Assembly (NCBI GenBank): GCA_964243035.1 | Contig: CAXTDZ010000003.1 | Span: forward strand, 14,436-78,435 | Length of the DNA stretch: 64,000 nucleotides | Source: an uncultured Lichenihabitans sp. | Lineage (GTDB): Bacteria; Pseudomonadota; Alphaproteobacteria; Rhizobiales; Beijerinckiaceae | Reading direction: 5' to 3' | Shown here: in pieces, positions 30,842 to 41,161 of the stretch | Layout of the letters: each line of letters starts with the position of its first letter | Numbering within the stretch: the stretch's first letter is position 1 | Notes under the pieces: generated by a model | What the model saw: the letters and a program-made list of their open reading frames with translations, nothing else | The model's database searches: none | What the model was told of the DNA's origin: nothing | Made by a program: the position numbers and the translations under genes

Positions 30842-30983
30842 GCGCCCGTCCGAAGCCCCGGTGCCGGGCTCCGCCGCGGAGCCCGGGTCTGGTGAGAATA
30901 CGCACCAGCCACGACTTCGCCATTGTTTCCGCGGACGGATTTTTCGATGCTGGGTGTCACGCATCCTTCATCGGACCACTCCC

Positions 30984-32291
30984 ATGGCCAGACAGCCCGG
31001 CCCCACCCCGCGCGACGCCGTCGCCTACGTCAAGGCGCCCGCCCGGGACGCCACGGCGGACACCACGGCGGTCGAGTCCGCGGTGCGCGACATCCTCGAC
31101 GCCGTGCGCCGGGACGGCGACGCGGCGCTCCGCCGCTACTCGAAGCAGTTCGACGGTGCCGACGTCGAGCACCTGGAGGTGACGGCGGCCGAGAAGGAGG
31201 CCGCGGTGGCGGCGCTGGACCCGCAAACCCGCGCCGACACCGAGTTCGCGATTGCCCAGGTGCGCGCCTTCGCCCAGGCCCAGCTCGCCACCGTCCTGCC
31301 GCTCGACGTGGAGCTGCTGCCCGGCCTGCACCTCGGCCACCGCGTCATCCCGATCGGCAGGGTGGGCTGCTACGTGCCGGGCGGGCGCTACCCGCTGCTG
31401 TCGGCCCCCGTGATGACGATCGTGCCCGCCAAGGTCGCGGGCTGCGACGAGGTGGTGGCCTGCCTGCCGCCCGGCGCCCACCGGGCGATGGTGGCGGGCT
31501 GCCACCTTGCGGGGGCGGACCGGGTGTTCCGGGTGGGCGGCGCCCAGGCCGTCGCGGCCATGGCGTTCGGGACCGAGAGCGTGCCCGCCGTGGACAAGAT
31601 CGCGGGGCCGGGCAACGCCTACGTGAACGAGGCCAAGCGGCAGGTGTTCGGTCCCGTCGGCATCGACCAGCTCGCGGGCCCGAGCGAGATCTTCGTGGTC
31701 GCGGACGAGACCGGCGACGCCGAGACCATCGCGGTCGACCTGCTCGCCCAGGCCGAGCACGACGTGCGGACCCGGGTGGGGCTGATCACCACCAGCCGCC
31801 CGCTGGCCGAGGCCGTGCTGCGGGAGGTGGAGCGGCAGCTGCCGGGCTTGTCCACCGGCAGCGTGGCGGGAACCGCCTGGGAGCACTACGGCGAGATCGC
31901 GGTGTGCCCGGACGAGGCCGCCATGATCGCCTACTCGGACTGGATCGCGGCCGAGCACCTGGAGGTCCACACGCTCGACCCCCAGGCGACCGCCGCCAAG
32001 CTGCGCAACTACGGCTCGCTGTTCATCGGCCCCATGGCGAGCGTGGTGTTCTCCGACAAGTGCTGCGGCACCAACCACACGCTGCCGACGCTGGGCGCCG
32101 GGCGCTACACGGGCGGGCTGTGGGTCGGCTCCTACCTCAAGGTCGCGACGCACCAGTGGCTGGACGAGCGCGGCGTCAGGGCGGTGGCGCCGCCCGCCGT
32201 GCGGCAGAGCCGCAGCGAGGGGCTGGAAGGCCACCGGCGCGCCGCGGCCCTGCGGCTCGACCGCATGCAGCTCCTCCGCGAGATCGGGTGA
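30984..32291 (+). CDS. histidinol dehydrogenase-family protein (paralog in a catabolic context)
   Basis: ORF trimmed to ATG 30984 (MARQPGPTPRD). Carries VGCYVPGGRYPLLS, KIAGPGNAYV, AGPSEIFVVAD, LLAQAEHD and GTNHTLPT. Confidence 0.85.
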   Translation: MARQPGPTPRDAVAYVKAPARDATADTTAVESAVRDILDAVRRDGDAALRRYSKQFDGADVEHLEVTAAEKEAAVAALDPQTRADTEFAIAQVRAFAQAQLATVLPLDVELLPGLHLGHRVIPIGRVGCYVPGGRYPLLSAPVMTIVPAKVAGCDEVVACLPPGAHRAMVAGCHLAGADRVFRVGGAQAVAAMAFGTESVPAVDKIAGPGNAYVNEAKRQVFGPVGIDQLAGPSEIFVVADETGDAETIAVDLLAQAEHDVRTRVGLITTSRPLAEAVLREVERQLPGLSTGSVAGTAWEHYGEIAVCPDEAAMIAYSDWIAAEHLEVHTLDPQATAAKLRNYGSLFIGPMASVVFSDKCCGTNHTLPTLGAGRYTGGLWVGSYLKVATHQWLDERGVRAVAPPAVRQSRSEGLEGHRRAAALRLDRMQLLREIG

Positions 32292-32340
32292 GACGGGGAC
32301 CATTTCCGCGGCACAGCCGCGCAACCAGGGGGAGAAGGGG

Positions 32341-33759
32341 ATGACGGCGGTATCGCTGCAAACGGACCGGCTGAGCCGCAACGCGCTGGGCCTGCCCCAG
32401 ATCGTGGCCTCGACGCTCGCCAACATCGCGCCCGCGGTGGGCTTCTACTTCGGCTTCGCGACCATCGTGGGGGGCGCGGGCGTCGCGGCCCCGCTCACCA
32501 TCGTGATCGCCATGGTGGCCATCCTGTTCCTGTCCAACACGCTGGCGGAGTTCACCAAGTACACGCCCAGCACGGGCTCGTTCGTGACCTACATCGGAAT
32601 GGCGTTCGGCCCCACGGCGGGGGCCGCGGCCTCGCTGTTCACGGTTGTGGGCTACGCGGTGGCGGCGGCCGCCATCGTGGCCATCGCGGGCGGCTGGACG
32701 CACGACACGCTGAAGCTCTTCCTCGGCATCGACCTGCCCTGGCAGGTGTTCGCGGTGCTCGCCACCCTGCTCTGCGGCTTCCTTGTCGCGCGCGGCGTGA
32801 AGATTTCGACCACGTGGGCGGCGGTGTTCTTCTACTTCGAGCTGGCGCTGCTGCTGGTGGGCGCGGTCGTGATGCTGGTGGTCAACCGCGACGCGCTCAG
32901 CCTGGCGCCGTTCGACCCCTCGAACCTGTCGGGCGGTCTCAAGGGGGTGGGGCTGGGCTTCCCGCTCGCGGTCTACATGTTCGTGGGCTGGGAGAACTCG
33001 GCGACGCTCGCCGAGGAAACCGAGAACCCGCGGCGCAACATCCCGCGCGCGCTGGTGCTGGGCACGCTGGCGCTCGGCGCGGTGTTCATCTTCCTGGCCT
33101 ACGCGACCGAGATCGCCTTCCACAACGACGCAAAGGCGATCAGCGACTCGTCCATCCCCTTCGTGGACGCGCTGAAGGCCACCGCGAGCCCGCTGCTCAT
33201 CGTGGCCTACCTCGCGGGGCTCACCAGCATCTTCTCCTGCCTTCTGGGCCTCACCAACTCGCAGGCCCGCATCCTGTTCAGCGCGGGGCGCGAGGGCCTG
33301 CTGCCGCGCGTGTTCGGCCGTATCGACGCGTCCCACGACACGCCCGCGGTCGCCATGTGGTCCTACATCGTGCTCGCGGCCTTGATCGCGCTGGGCTTCG
33401 GGGTGTTCGGCGGGCTGGAGCCGGTCGACATCTTCGGCCAGACGGGGACGCTCGGCACCATCCCCGTGGTGCTCGTCTACCTGATCACCAACGTGGCGCT
33501 GCCCGTCTACATCCTCCGCTTCCACCGCGCGGACTTCAGCGTCCTGCGCCACGCCATCATCCCGGCGCTGGCGCTCGTGCTGACGCTGTTCCCGCTGTGG
33601 GGCCTGGTCCAGCCCGGCCAGCCCGCGCCGTTCAACCTGTTCCCCGCCGTCACGGGCGTGGGGCTGGTGGTCGCGATCCTGTACGGCGCCGTGCTGGCGC
33701 GGCGCGACCCCGACCTCGCCCGCAAGATCGGCAGCTACGTGGCCGACGACCGGGCCTGA
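32341..33759 (+). CDS. APC-family amino acid/polyamine permease
   Basis: 472 aa with about 12 hydrophobic helices and GWENSATLAEETENPRRNIPRAL, typical of the APC superfamily. Confidence 0.85.
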   Translation: MTAVSLQTDRLSRNALGLPQIVASTLANIAPAVGFYFGFATIVGGAGVAAPLTIVIAMVAILFLSNTLAEFTKYTPSTGSFVTYIGMAFGPTAGAAASLFTVVGYAVAAAAIVAIAGGWTHDTLKLFLGIDLPWQVFAVLATLLCGFLVARGVKISTTWAAVFFYFELALLLVGAVVMLVVNRDALSLAPFDPSNLSGGLKGVGLGFPLAVYMFVGWENSATLAEETENPRRNIPRALVLGTLALGAVFIFLAYATEIAFHNDAKAISDSSIPFVDALKATASPLLIVAYLAGLTSIFSCLLGLTNSQARILFSAGREGLLPRVFGRIDASHDTPAVAMWSYIVLAALIALGFGVFGGLEPVDIFGQTGTLGTIPVVLVYLITNVALPVYILRFHRADFSVLRHAIIPALALVLTLFPLWGLVQPGQPAPFNLFPAVTGVGLVVAILYGAVLARRDPDLARKIGSYVADDRA

Positions 33760-33766
33760 GGCCGCC

Positions 33767-34564
33767 ATGCGCCTCGCCGTCCTCCAGATGCAGCCGACGC
33801 CGGCCGATGTCCCGGCCAACCTCGACCGGATCGCGGCGGCGGCCCGCGCCGCGGCGGCGGCGGGCGCCGCCGTGCTGCTCGCCCCCGAGATGGCGGTGAC
33901 GGGCTACGCGATCTGGGACGAGGTGGCGCGCCTGGCCGAGCCGCGCGACGGGCCGGCGGTGACGCGGCTCGCGGCGCTCGCGGCCGAGACGGGCCTCGCG
34001 GTCGCGGCGGGCTTCCCGGAGCGCGACGGGCCCACGGTCTACAACAGCCTCGCGGTGGCCCTGCCGGACGGGGCCGCGCGGGTCTACCGCAAGTGCCACC
34101 TGTTCGGACCGCAGGAGAAGGCGTGCTTCGCGCCGGGCTCGGAGCTGTCGCCCCTGTTCGACCTGGGCGGGCTGCGGACGGGGCTGCTGATCTGCTACGA
34201 CGTGGAGTTCCCCGAGATGGTCCGCTCGCTGGCGCTGGCGGGCGCGGAGCTGCTCCTGGTCGCGACCGCCCTGCCCCGCAGCGGCCCCAACGACCGCGTG
34301 TCGCGCGCGGCCCTGCCCGTTCGCGCCCAGGAGAACCATCTCGCCATCGCCTACGCGGGGCTGTGCGGGCGCGAGAACGGCCTCGACTACCAGGGCGGCT
34401 CGGTCATCGTCGGCCCGGACGGCGAGGACCTGGCGCGCGCGGGCCCGGGGCCCGCGCTGCTGGTGGCGGAGGTCGCGCGGGAGGGGTCCGGTACCGGGGA
34501 GCCCGACCCCTACCTCGCCGACCGGCGGCCGGAACTGTACAGGCTCGGGCCCGGCCGCGGTTAG
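33767..34564 (+). CDS. carbon-nitrogen hydrolase (nitrilase superfamily amidase)
   Basis: E-K-C triad contexts: LLAPEMAVTGY, YRKCHLF and LLICYDVEFPE. Confidence 0.85.
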   Translation: MRLAVLQMQPTPADVPANLDRIAAAARAAAAAGAAVLLAPEMAVTGYAIWDEVARLAEPRDGPAVTRLAALAAETGLAVAAGFPERDGPTVYNSLAVALPDGAARVYRKCHLFGPQEKACFAPGSELSPLFDLGGLRTGLLICYDVEFPEMVRSLALAGAELLLVATALPRSGPNDRVSRAALPVRAQENHLAIAYAGLCGRENGLDYQGGSVIVGPDGEDLARAGPGPALLVAEVAREGSGTGEPDPYLADRRPELYRLGPGRG

Positions 34565-35373
34565 GCCACGAACCGGACCACGCCGCCGTCGACGCGCAGG
34601 GCGGCGCCGGTGGTCGCGGAGGCCTGTTCCGAGCAGGTGTAGACGATCATGTTGGCGACCTCGTCCGTGGTCGCGAAGCGCTTGATCAGCGTGGTCGGGC
34701 GCATCGTCGTCAGGAAGTGCTGCTCCACCTGTTCGGGCGTGAGGCCGCGCGCCTTGGCCTGGGCGTCCACGAAGGTGCCGAGGATCTCCGAGCGGGTCGG
34801 GCCGGGCAGTACGGCGTTGACGGTGACGCCCGTGCCCGCGACCGCCTCGGCCAGGCCGCGCGAAACCGCGAGCTGCGCGGTCTTGGTCATGCCGTAGTCG
34901 AGCATCTCCTTCGGCGTGTTCACCGCCGACTCGCTGCTCACGAACACGACGCGGCCCCAGCCCCGCTCCACCATCCGCGGCAGGTAGTGGCGGGTCGCGC
35001 GGACGCCGCTCATTACGTTGAGCTGGAACAGGCCGAGCCAGTCCTCGTCCGGGATCCTGGCGATATCCTCGATGCCGTTGTAGTCGCGGAGAAAGGCCGT
35101 TCCCACGTTGTTGACCAGGATGTCGGTGTCCGGCACCTGCGCGGTGAGCGCGCCCACGCCCTCCGGCGTGGACAGGTCCGCGGCGACGCCGGTCACGTCG
35201 CCCTGCGGAAAGGCCTGCCGGATCTGCCGCACCGCCTCGCCGACGCGGTCGGGACCGCGCCCGTTGACCACGACCGCGGCCCCGGCCCGCACCAGCCCTT
35301 CGGCCGTGGCGCGGCCGATGCCGGCGGTCGATCCGGTGACGATCGCCTTGCGGCCGGTGAGGTCGATGTTCAC
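34561..35373 (-). CDS. SDR-family oxidoreductase
   Basis: TGSTAGIGRA cofactor loop, NNVG, and the catalytic YGMTKTA (YxxxK). Confidence 0.85.
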   Translation of the reverse strand: MNIDLTGRKAIVTGSTAGIGRATAEGLVRAGAAVVVNGRGPDRVGEAVRQIRQAFPQGDVTGVAADLSTPEGVGALTAQVPDTDILVNNVGTAFLRDYNGIEDIARIPDEDWLGLFQLNVMSGVRATRHYLPRMVERGWGRVVFVSSESAVNTPKEMLDYGMTKTAQLAVSRGLAEAVAGTGVTVNAVLPGPTRSEILGTFVDAQAKARGLTPEQVEQHFLTTMRPTTLIKRFATTDEVANMIVYTCSEQASATTGAALRVDGGVVRFVA

Positions 35374-35505
35374 GTCGGAGCCCTCGACTAACGGTGGGTC
35401 AGGAATGCGGAAGGGAAGCGGTCACGCGCCTTCCCCGCGGCCCGGGGAGGCCCGATCCGCGCCGTAGATGTGGCGGCCCCGGCCTGCGAGTCCAGCCGCG
35501 GCCCG

Positions 35506-36195
35506 CTACCGCTTCTCCCGCGCGACGTCGTTGACGCCGTCGAGGTCGGGCGCCTGGCCGTAGCTCATGTTCTTCATCTGCTGGAGCACGCGGGCCATCT
35601 CCTCGTCGGGCAGGCTCGGGGGCTCGCCCAAGGTGAGGGCCTGGACGTAGAGGCGCGACAGCGTCTCCACCTCGACCGCGAGCGCCAGCGCGGCGTCCAG
35701 GGTCTTGCCGAGCGAGATCTGCCCGTGCTGGCCGAGCAGGCAGGCGAGGCGGTCGCGCAGCGCCTCGATGGCGTTGTCGGACAGCGCCTGCGTGCCGAAG
35801 GTCGCGTAGGCCGCGCAGCGGATCGTCGTGCCGCCCGCGACCCCCGTCATGTAGTGGAAGCTCGGGATCGTCCTGTGGTGGCAGGCGAGCGTCGTGGCGT
35901 AGACCGAGTGGCAGTGCAGCACGACGTCGATGTCCCGGCGGGACGCGAGGATGTCGCGGTGGAAGCGCCACTCCGAGGACGGGCGCCGCCGCCCCTCGTA
36001 GGTGCCCTCGAAGCTCATCCGCACGAGGTCGTCGGGCTCCATGCGGTCGTAGGGCAGCGAGGTGGGGGTGATCAGGAATCCCCCGCCGTCGCGGAGCGAA
36101 ACGTTGCCGGCCGTGCCCTGGTTGATGCCGCTCGCGTTCATGCGGCGGCAGGTGTCCACCATGGCGCGGCGTTGCGCGAGGTCGTCGTGGCTCAT
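35506..36195 (-). CDS. class II aldolase/adducin-family protein (fuculose-phosphate-aldolase-like)
   Basis: GINQGTAGNVSLR, SSEWRFHRDI and VLHCHSVYAT (zinc His residues). Confidence 0.85.
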   Translation of the reverse strand: MSHDDLAQRRAMVDTCRRMNASGINQGTAGNVSLRDGGGFLITPTSLPYDRMEPDDLVRMSFEGTYEGRRRPSSEWRFHRDILASRRDIDVVLHCHSVYATTLACHHRTIPSFHYMTGVAGGTTIRCAAYATFGTQALSDNAIEALRDRLACLLGQHGQISLGKTLDAALALAVEVETLSRLYVQALTLGEPPSLPDEEMARVLQQMKNMSYGQAPDLDGVNDVAREKR

Positions 36196-37574
36196 CAGGG
36201 TCTCCTGGACAGGGCGTCGGACCGCCAGCGGTCGCGATAGGCCGGAAGGGCGTCGAGGCGCAACACGGGCGCGGGCGAGAGGGCGAGCCGCGCGGGCCGG
36301 GTGCGGGCCTCGTGGCCCGCGAGCAGCGCCGCGCCCGCCGCGACGCCGTTCGAGTCGGGGTTGACGAGCACGCGCTTGTTCGGATGAAGCGCGGCCACGA
36401 GGGCGCCGAACAGCGGCTCGCGCACGAAGGGGCCGTCGAGCACGACCGTGCCGGGGGTGAGCCCGTCGAGGCAGCGGTCGGTCTGGAGCGCGGCGGTCAG
36501 CACCGCCAGGGTGAAGCGCGCGTCGGGGTCGTCCGCCAGCGGCCCGCGCAGCTCGCCCCGCCCCGCCGTGCCGGGGAACAGGCCGTCGTCGTCGCCGAAG
36601 GAGGGCAGCGCCATCGTGCCGGTCTCAACCAGGCGCGCCAGGACGTCCGCCGAGGCCGGCCCCTTGGACGGGCCCGCCACCGCGCCGAACTCCCGCCCGC
36701 CCATGGTGAGCACGCCCGGCAGCGGCCGCCCGCGCGTGTCGGCGTTGCAGGTGAGCCCCGGCCGCTCGGCGTCGAGGTCGGGGCCGGGCCGGTCGCTCAG
36801 GGCGACGATCCAGGTGCCGGTCGACACCAGCGTCACCCCGTCCAGCCCCGCGGCCTGGTAGTGGTAGAGGTTCGCCGAGGAGTCGTGGATGCCGTTGACG
36901 ACCCGCGTGTCCCGCGGCAGGCCCGTCCGCGCCGCCACGGCCGGCTTGAGCGGGCCGAGGGTCGCCCAGGCGGGCCGCAGGGGTGGCAGCAGCCGCTCCC
37001 AGCCGCGCCGGGCAACCAGGGCGGCGGGTCGCGCGTCGGCCGCGCACCACAGGCCCGACTGCGCCGCGAGGCTCGTCACCTCCGAGGCGAGCACGCCCGA
37101 CAGCCGCCACGCCCAGTACTGGGGCACCGCGAGGCAGGCCCGCGCGCGGGCGAAGGCTTCGGGCCACTCCCGCTCGATCCACAGCATCTGCCGCGCGAGG
37201 TGGGCCACGCCCAGCATGATCGCGCTGCCGCGCTCGCGGAACGAGCCCGCCTCCGCCGCGTAGGCCGCGGTCACGTCCGGCGGCGCGGGCTGCTCGTAGT
37301 CGATCATCGGCATCGCGGGGCCGTGCTCGTCGACCAGCACCCCGCCCGACCCGTGGCCGGACCCGACGATCGCCGTGATCGGATGGCGCCGGCCGAGGTC
37401 GGCCAGGCCGTCGAGCAGCCAGTCCTCAATCCCCGCGAGGTCGTGGTGGCGGTAGGGCGGCCCGGGCAGAACGGGGTTGGGGCGCGACAGGCTCTCGTCG
37501 AGCCGCCCGTCGGGGGACGCGACCACCAGCTTGACGTTGGTCTTGCCGACGTCGAGGACCGCGACCGCGCTCAT
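36195..37574 (-). CDS. FGGY-family carbohydrate kinase
   Basis: MSAVAVLDVGKTNVKLVV N-terminal ATPase motif, ~459 aa, GIHDSSANLY and STGTWIV. Its stop overlaps the aldolase start by 1 nt. Confidence 0.8.
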   Translation of the reverse strand: MSAVAVLDVGKTNVKLVVASPDGRLDESLSRPNPVLPGPPYRHHDLAGIEDWLLDGLADLGRRHPITAIVGSGHGSGGVLVDEHGPAMPMIDYEQPAPPDVTAAYAAEAGSFRERGSAIMLGVAHLARQMLWIEREWPEAFARARACLAVPQYWAWRLSGVLASEVTSLAAQSGLWCAADARPAALVARRGWERLLPPLRPAWATLGPLKPAVAARTGLPRDTRVVNGIHDSSANLYHYQAAGLDGVTLVSTGTWIVALSDRPGPDLDAERPGLTCNADTRGRPLPGVLTMGGREFGAVAGPSKGPASADVLARLVETGTMALPSFGDDDGLFPGTAGRGELRGPLADDPDARFTLAVLTAALQTDRCLDGLTPGTVVLDGPFVREPLFGALVAALHPNKRVLVNPDSNGVAAGAALLAGHEARTRPARLALSPAPVLRLDALPAYRDRWRSDALSRRP

Positions 37575-38608
37575 CGGCGCCCGAACCGCAGCAAGGGGCG
37601 CAGCGTCTGCGCCGTCATCACGCCGATCAGCACCAGGCCCCAGATCGCGGTGGTGAGGTAGGGGCTCAGCCCGACTTGGTTGAAGCCCGACGAGATCACC
37701 TGCAGCACCGCGAGGGCCAGCATCAGCCCGCCCACCGTGCCGAAGCCGCCGAACGGGTCGACGCCGCCCAGCACGGCCGCCAGGATCGTCACCAGCAGGT
37801 AGGACTGCGCGTAGTCGGCGCTGGCCGAGTTGAACAGCGCCAGCGACACCAGCGCGGCCACGAAGCAGGTGAGGCTCGACAGGGTGTAGACGCCCACCAG
37901 CACCCGGCGCGTGTCCACGGCGGAGTAGTGCGTCGCCTCCGGGTTGGAGCCGATCATCATGCAGGCGATGCCGAAGGGCGTGCGCGTCAGGATCGTGCCC
38001 GTCAGCGCCGCGGCCCCCACAAGCACAAGGAACGTGACGGGCACGCCGCCCAGCGACGCGTTGCCGACCCCGGCGAAGGCCTGCGGCAGGCCGGAGATCG
38101 CCTCGCCCCGGGTGAGGTAGATGCTGACGCCGTCGATCAGCGACTTGGTGCCGAGCGTCACCAGGATCGGGTGGACCCCCGTGTAGGCGACCAGCGCGCC
38201 CGTGACGAGGCCGATCAGGAGGCAGAGCAGGAGGCCGCAGACTAGCGCCAGCAGCACGGCCGCGGCCACCGCGCCGGGCGGGGAGGCCGGGGTCAGCGCG
38301 GCGCGCATCACGAAGGCCATCAGCAGGGCCGCCTGATTGGCGGTCGCGATGATCGCGAGGTTGAGGCCGCCTGTGACGAGCGGCACCATCATGGCGAGCG
38401 ACAGCAGCCCCAGGAGGGGGAGCTGCCGCATGAAGGACTGCAGCGTGCCGAGGCTCGCGAAGCCGGGGATCAGCGCCGAGAAGGCGGCCACCAGCACCGC
38501 GAGCAGCACGAGCAGCCCCGGGCTGCCGCCCGGCGCGCCGCCGCGGAGCCGCGCCACCAGGCCCGCGAGGCTCGCGTCGGGGCCGACGGCCCGGCGGACG
38601 TCAGCCAC
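37571..38608 (-). CDS. sugar ABC transporter permease
   Basis: 345-aa polytopic protein of the ribose/AraH-like permease type. Overlaps its neighbours by 4 and 8 nt. Confidence 0.85.
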   Translation of the reverse strand: MADVRRAVGPDASLAGLVARLRGGAPGGSPGLLVLLAVLVAAFSALIPGFASLGTLQSFMRQLPLLGLLSLAMMVPLVTGGLNLAIIATANQAALLMAFVMRAALTPASPPGAVAAAVLLALVCGLLLCLLIGLVTGALVAYTGVHPILVTLGTKSLIDGVSIYLTRGEAISGLPQAFAGVGNASLGGVPVTFLVLVGAAALTGTILTRTPFGIACMMIGSNPEATHYSAVDTRRVLVGVYTLSSLTCFVAALVSLALFNSASADYAQSYLLVTILAAVLGGVDPFGGFGTVGGLMLALAVLQVISSGFNQVGLSPYLTTAIWGLVLIGVMTAQTLRPLLRFGRR

Positions 38609-39611
38609 GGGCGACCTCCAGGCCGGGGTTGCGGTTGCGGCGCCCCTTGCGCGCGCTCAGCACCGTGACGGCGGTCGACACCAGGATGGTGAGGCCGATG
38701 ACGATCTGGAAGAAGTAGGACGAGACGCCGAGCAGGTTCAGGCCGTTCTGCAGGATCGCGAGCAGCACGATGCCGCCCAGCACGCCCGGCACGGTGCCGA
38801 CCCCGCCCGACAGGCTCGCGCCCCCCAGCACCGCGGCGGACAGGACGGACAGTTCCGAGCCGTAGAGCGCGTTGGGCACGCTCTCGCCGACGCGGTGGGC
38901 CTGGAGCAGCCCGCCCGCCGCCGCCATGAAGCCCAGGAACCCGTAGGCGACGAAGTGCAGCCGCGCGATCGGGGCGCCGATGCGGCGCGCGGCCTCCGGG
39001 TTGCCGCCCATCGCGTAGAGCTGCCGCCCGACGCTCGTGCGCGTCATCACCGCCCAGGTGAGCAGGGCCGAGGCCAGCATCAGCACCACCGGCAGCGTCA
39101 CCCGGGTCAGGGCGCCGGTCGCGTCCTCGGCCTGCCAGAACACGACCCGCTCGCTCCACCAGTCGGGGAGGTCGTAGATCGACGCGCCGCCCGAGAAGTA
39201 CATCAGGAACGAGAAGCTCACGCTCATGGTGGCGATCGTGGCGATGATGGAGGTGATGCGCACGTAGTGGATCAGGGCCGCGTTCACGCAGCCGAGCCCG
39301 GTGCCGACCAGCAGCCCGAGCCCGAGCGACACCGGCGCGGGCAGCCCCGCGCGCGTCGCGCAGAGGACCCCCGCGTACTGGCTGACCGACGCGGTCGCGG
39401 CGAAGGAGATGTCGATGCCGCCCGACACCAGGACCACGAACAGCCCCATCGCCATGATGGCCTGCACGGAATAGGTTTCGAGCAGGTCCACGACGTTGGC
39501 GAGCGTCAGGAAGCCGGGGGCCGCCAGGCTGAACACGGCGCCCACGGCAAGGATGACGGCGAGCAGCCAGGCTTCGGGACGCCGCCGGAGGCGGGTCAGG
39601 CGCTCACGCAT
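38601..39611 (-). CDS. sugar ABC transporter permease
   Basis: 336-aa polytopic protein (GGIDISFAA, GGNPEAARRIG), typical of the RbsC/AraH family. Confidence 0.85.
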   Translation of the reverse strand: MRERLTRLRRRPEAWLLAVILAVGAVFSLAAPGFLTLANVVDLLETYSVQAIMAMGLFVVLVSGGIDISFAATASVSQYAGVLCATRAGLPAPVSLGLGLLVGTGLGCVNAALIHYVRITSIIATIATMSVSFSFLMYFSGGASIYDLPDWWSERVVFWQAEDATGALTRVTLPVVLMLASALLTWAVMTRTSVGRQLYAMGGNPEAARRIGAPIARLHFVAYGFLGFMAAAGGLLQAHRVGESVPNALYGSELSVLSAAVLGGASLSGGVGTVPGVLGGIVLLAILQNGLNLLGVSSYFFQIVIGLTILVSTAVTVLSARKGRRNRNPGLEVARG

Positions 39612-41097
39612 AGATCCGCTCCTCCAGCTCGTGCTCGGTGACCCGGCCGGGGACCACCTCGCCCACGAGGCGGCCCGCGCGCATGTGGAGCACGCGGTCG
39701 CAGGTCGCGAAGAGTTCGAGCACCTCGTCGGAGATGACGATGATGCCCACCCCCGCCCGCGCGAGGTCGGCCACCACGGCGTAGATGCCGGCCTTGTTCT
39801 TGATGTCGACGCCCACCGTGGGGCTGTCGAGGATCAGCACCCTGGGGCGCGCCGCGAGCCACTTGGCGAGCGCCACGCGCTGCTGGTTGCCGCCCGACAG
39901 CGTCCCCACCGGCCGGTCGGGGTTCGGCACCTTGATGGCGAGCCGCTCCACCCAGCCGCGGGCGAGGCCGCGGCGGCGGGCGGCCGGGATCAGGCCGAGG
40001 CGGCCCGCCAGATCCCTCAGCACCGCCAGCGCGACGTTGTCGGCGATGGACTGTCGCAGGATCACGCCCAGGCCCAGCCGGTCCTCCGAGAGGTAGGCGA
40101 TGCCGGCCTTCACGGCGTCGCGGTTCGAGCGCAGGTGAAGCGGCCGGCCTTCGAGCGCGACGGTCCCGCCCTCGGGCCGCGTCATGCCGAACAGCGTCAG
40201 GGCGAGCTCGGTGCGGCCGGCGCCGAGCAGGCCCGTGAGGCCCAGGACCTCGCCGCGGCGGAGCGCGAAACTGACGTCGGCGTAGTCGCCGCGCCGCGTG
40301 AGGTTCCGCACCTCCAGCAGCACGGGGGCCGCGCCCATGTCGCGCGCGACGGTCGCGTGCGTGATGTCGAGGCCCGTCATCAGGTTGGCGATGCGGCGCC
40401 CGTCGACCTCCCCGCTCGCGTAGGTGCCGACCACCCGCCCGTCGCGCATCACGGTCACGCGCTGGGCGACCTCCACCACCTCGTCGAGCCGGTGGGACAC
40501 GAACACCACCGCGATGCCGTCGCGCCTGAGGCGCCCGACGATGCCGAGCAGGCTCCCGACCTCGGCGCGGGTCAGGGAGGCGGTGGGCTCGTCCATGAAG
40601 ATGAGCCTGGCGTCCGCCGCGAGCCCGCGGGCGACCGCGACGATCTGGCGTTCCGCAACCGACAGGTCGCCCACGAGCGCGTCGGGGTCCAGGCGGAAGT
40701 CGAGGCGCCTCAGCACGCCCGCGGCGAGCGCCCGCATGCGCCCGGTCCGCACCGGCCGCAGCAGCCCGAGGAGGTGGCCCTCGACCGCGACGTTCTCGGC
40801 CACCGACAGGTTGGGGAACAGCGCCAGGTCCTGGAAGATGACCTGGATGCCGAGCGCGCGGGCGCGGGCGGGCGTCAGCGGCAGCACGGGGCGCCCCTCG
40901 ACCTCGACGGCGCCGGCGGTCGGCGGGTGGACGCCCGCCACCGTCTTGATCAGCGTCGACTTCCCGCAGCCGTTCTCGCCCACGAGGCAGTGCACCTCGC
41001 CCGGCCGCACGTCCCAGTCGATGCCGTCGAGCGCCAGCACGCCGCCGAAGCGTTTCGAGAGGCCGCGGAGGCGAAGAAAGGGCGCGGGGTCGGTCAT
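39604..41097 (-). CDS. sugar ABC transporter ATP-binding protein (duplicated ATPase)
   Basis: ORF trimmed to ATG 41097 (MTDPAPFLRLRGLSKRF). Walker A GENGCGKST, and a second half with LSGGNQQRVALAKWL and ILDSPTVGVD. Confidence 0.9.
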   Translation of the reverse strand: MTDPAPFLRLRGLSKRFGGVLALDGIDWDVRPGEVHCLVGENGCGKSTLIKTVAGVHPPTAGAVEVEGRPVLPLTPARARALGIQVIFQDLALFPNLSVAENVAVEGHLLGLLRPVRTGRMRALAAGVLRRLDFRLDPDALVGDLSVAERQIVAVARGLAADARLIFMDEPTASLTRAEVGSLLGIVGRLRRDGIAVVFVSHRLDEVVEVAQRVTVMRDGRVVGTYASGEVDGRRIANLMTGLDITHATVARDMGAAPVLLEVRNLTRRGDYADVSFALRRGEVLGLTGLLGAGRTELALTLFGMTRPEGGTVALEGRPLHLRSNRDAVKAGIAYLSEDRLGLGVILRQSIADNVALAVLRDLAGRLGLIPAARRRGLARGWVERLAIKVPNPDRPVGTLSGGNQQRVALAKWLAARPRVLILDSPTVGVDIKNKAGIYAVVADLARAGVGIIVISDEVLELFATCDRVLHMRAGRLVGEVVPGRVTEHELEERIYA

Positions 41098-41161
41098 GGG
41101 GCCGGGGCGGACCGCGGGAACCGCGACCCCTCCCTCCCGCGCCGGGCCGCCATGCCCTTCG

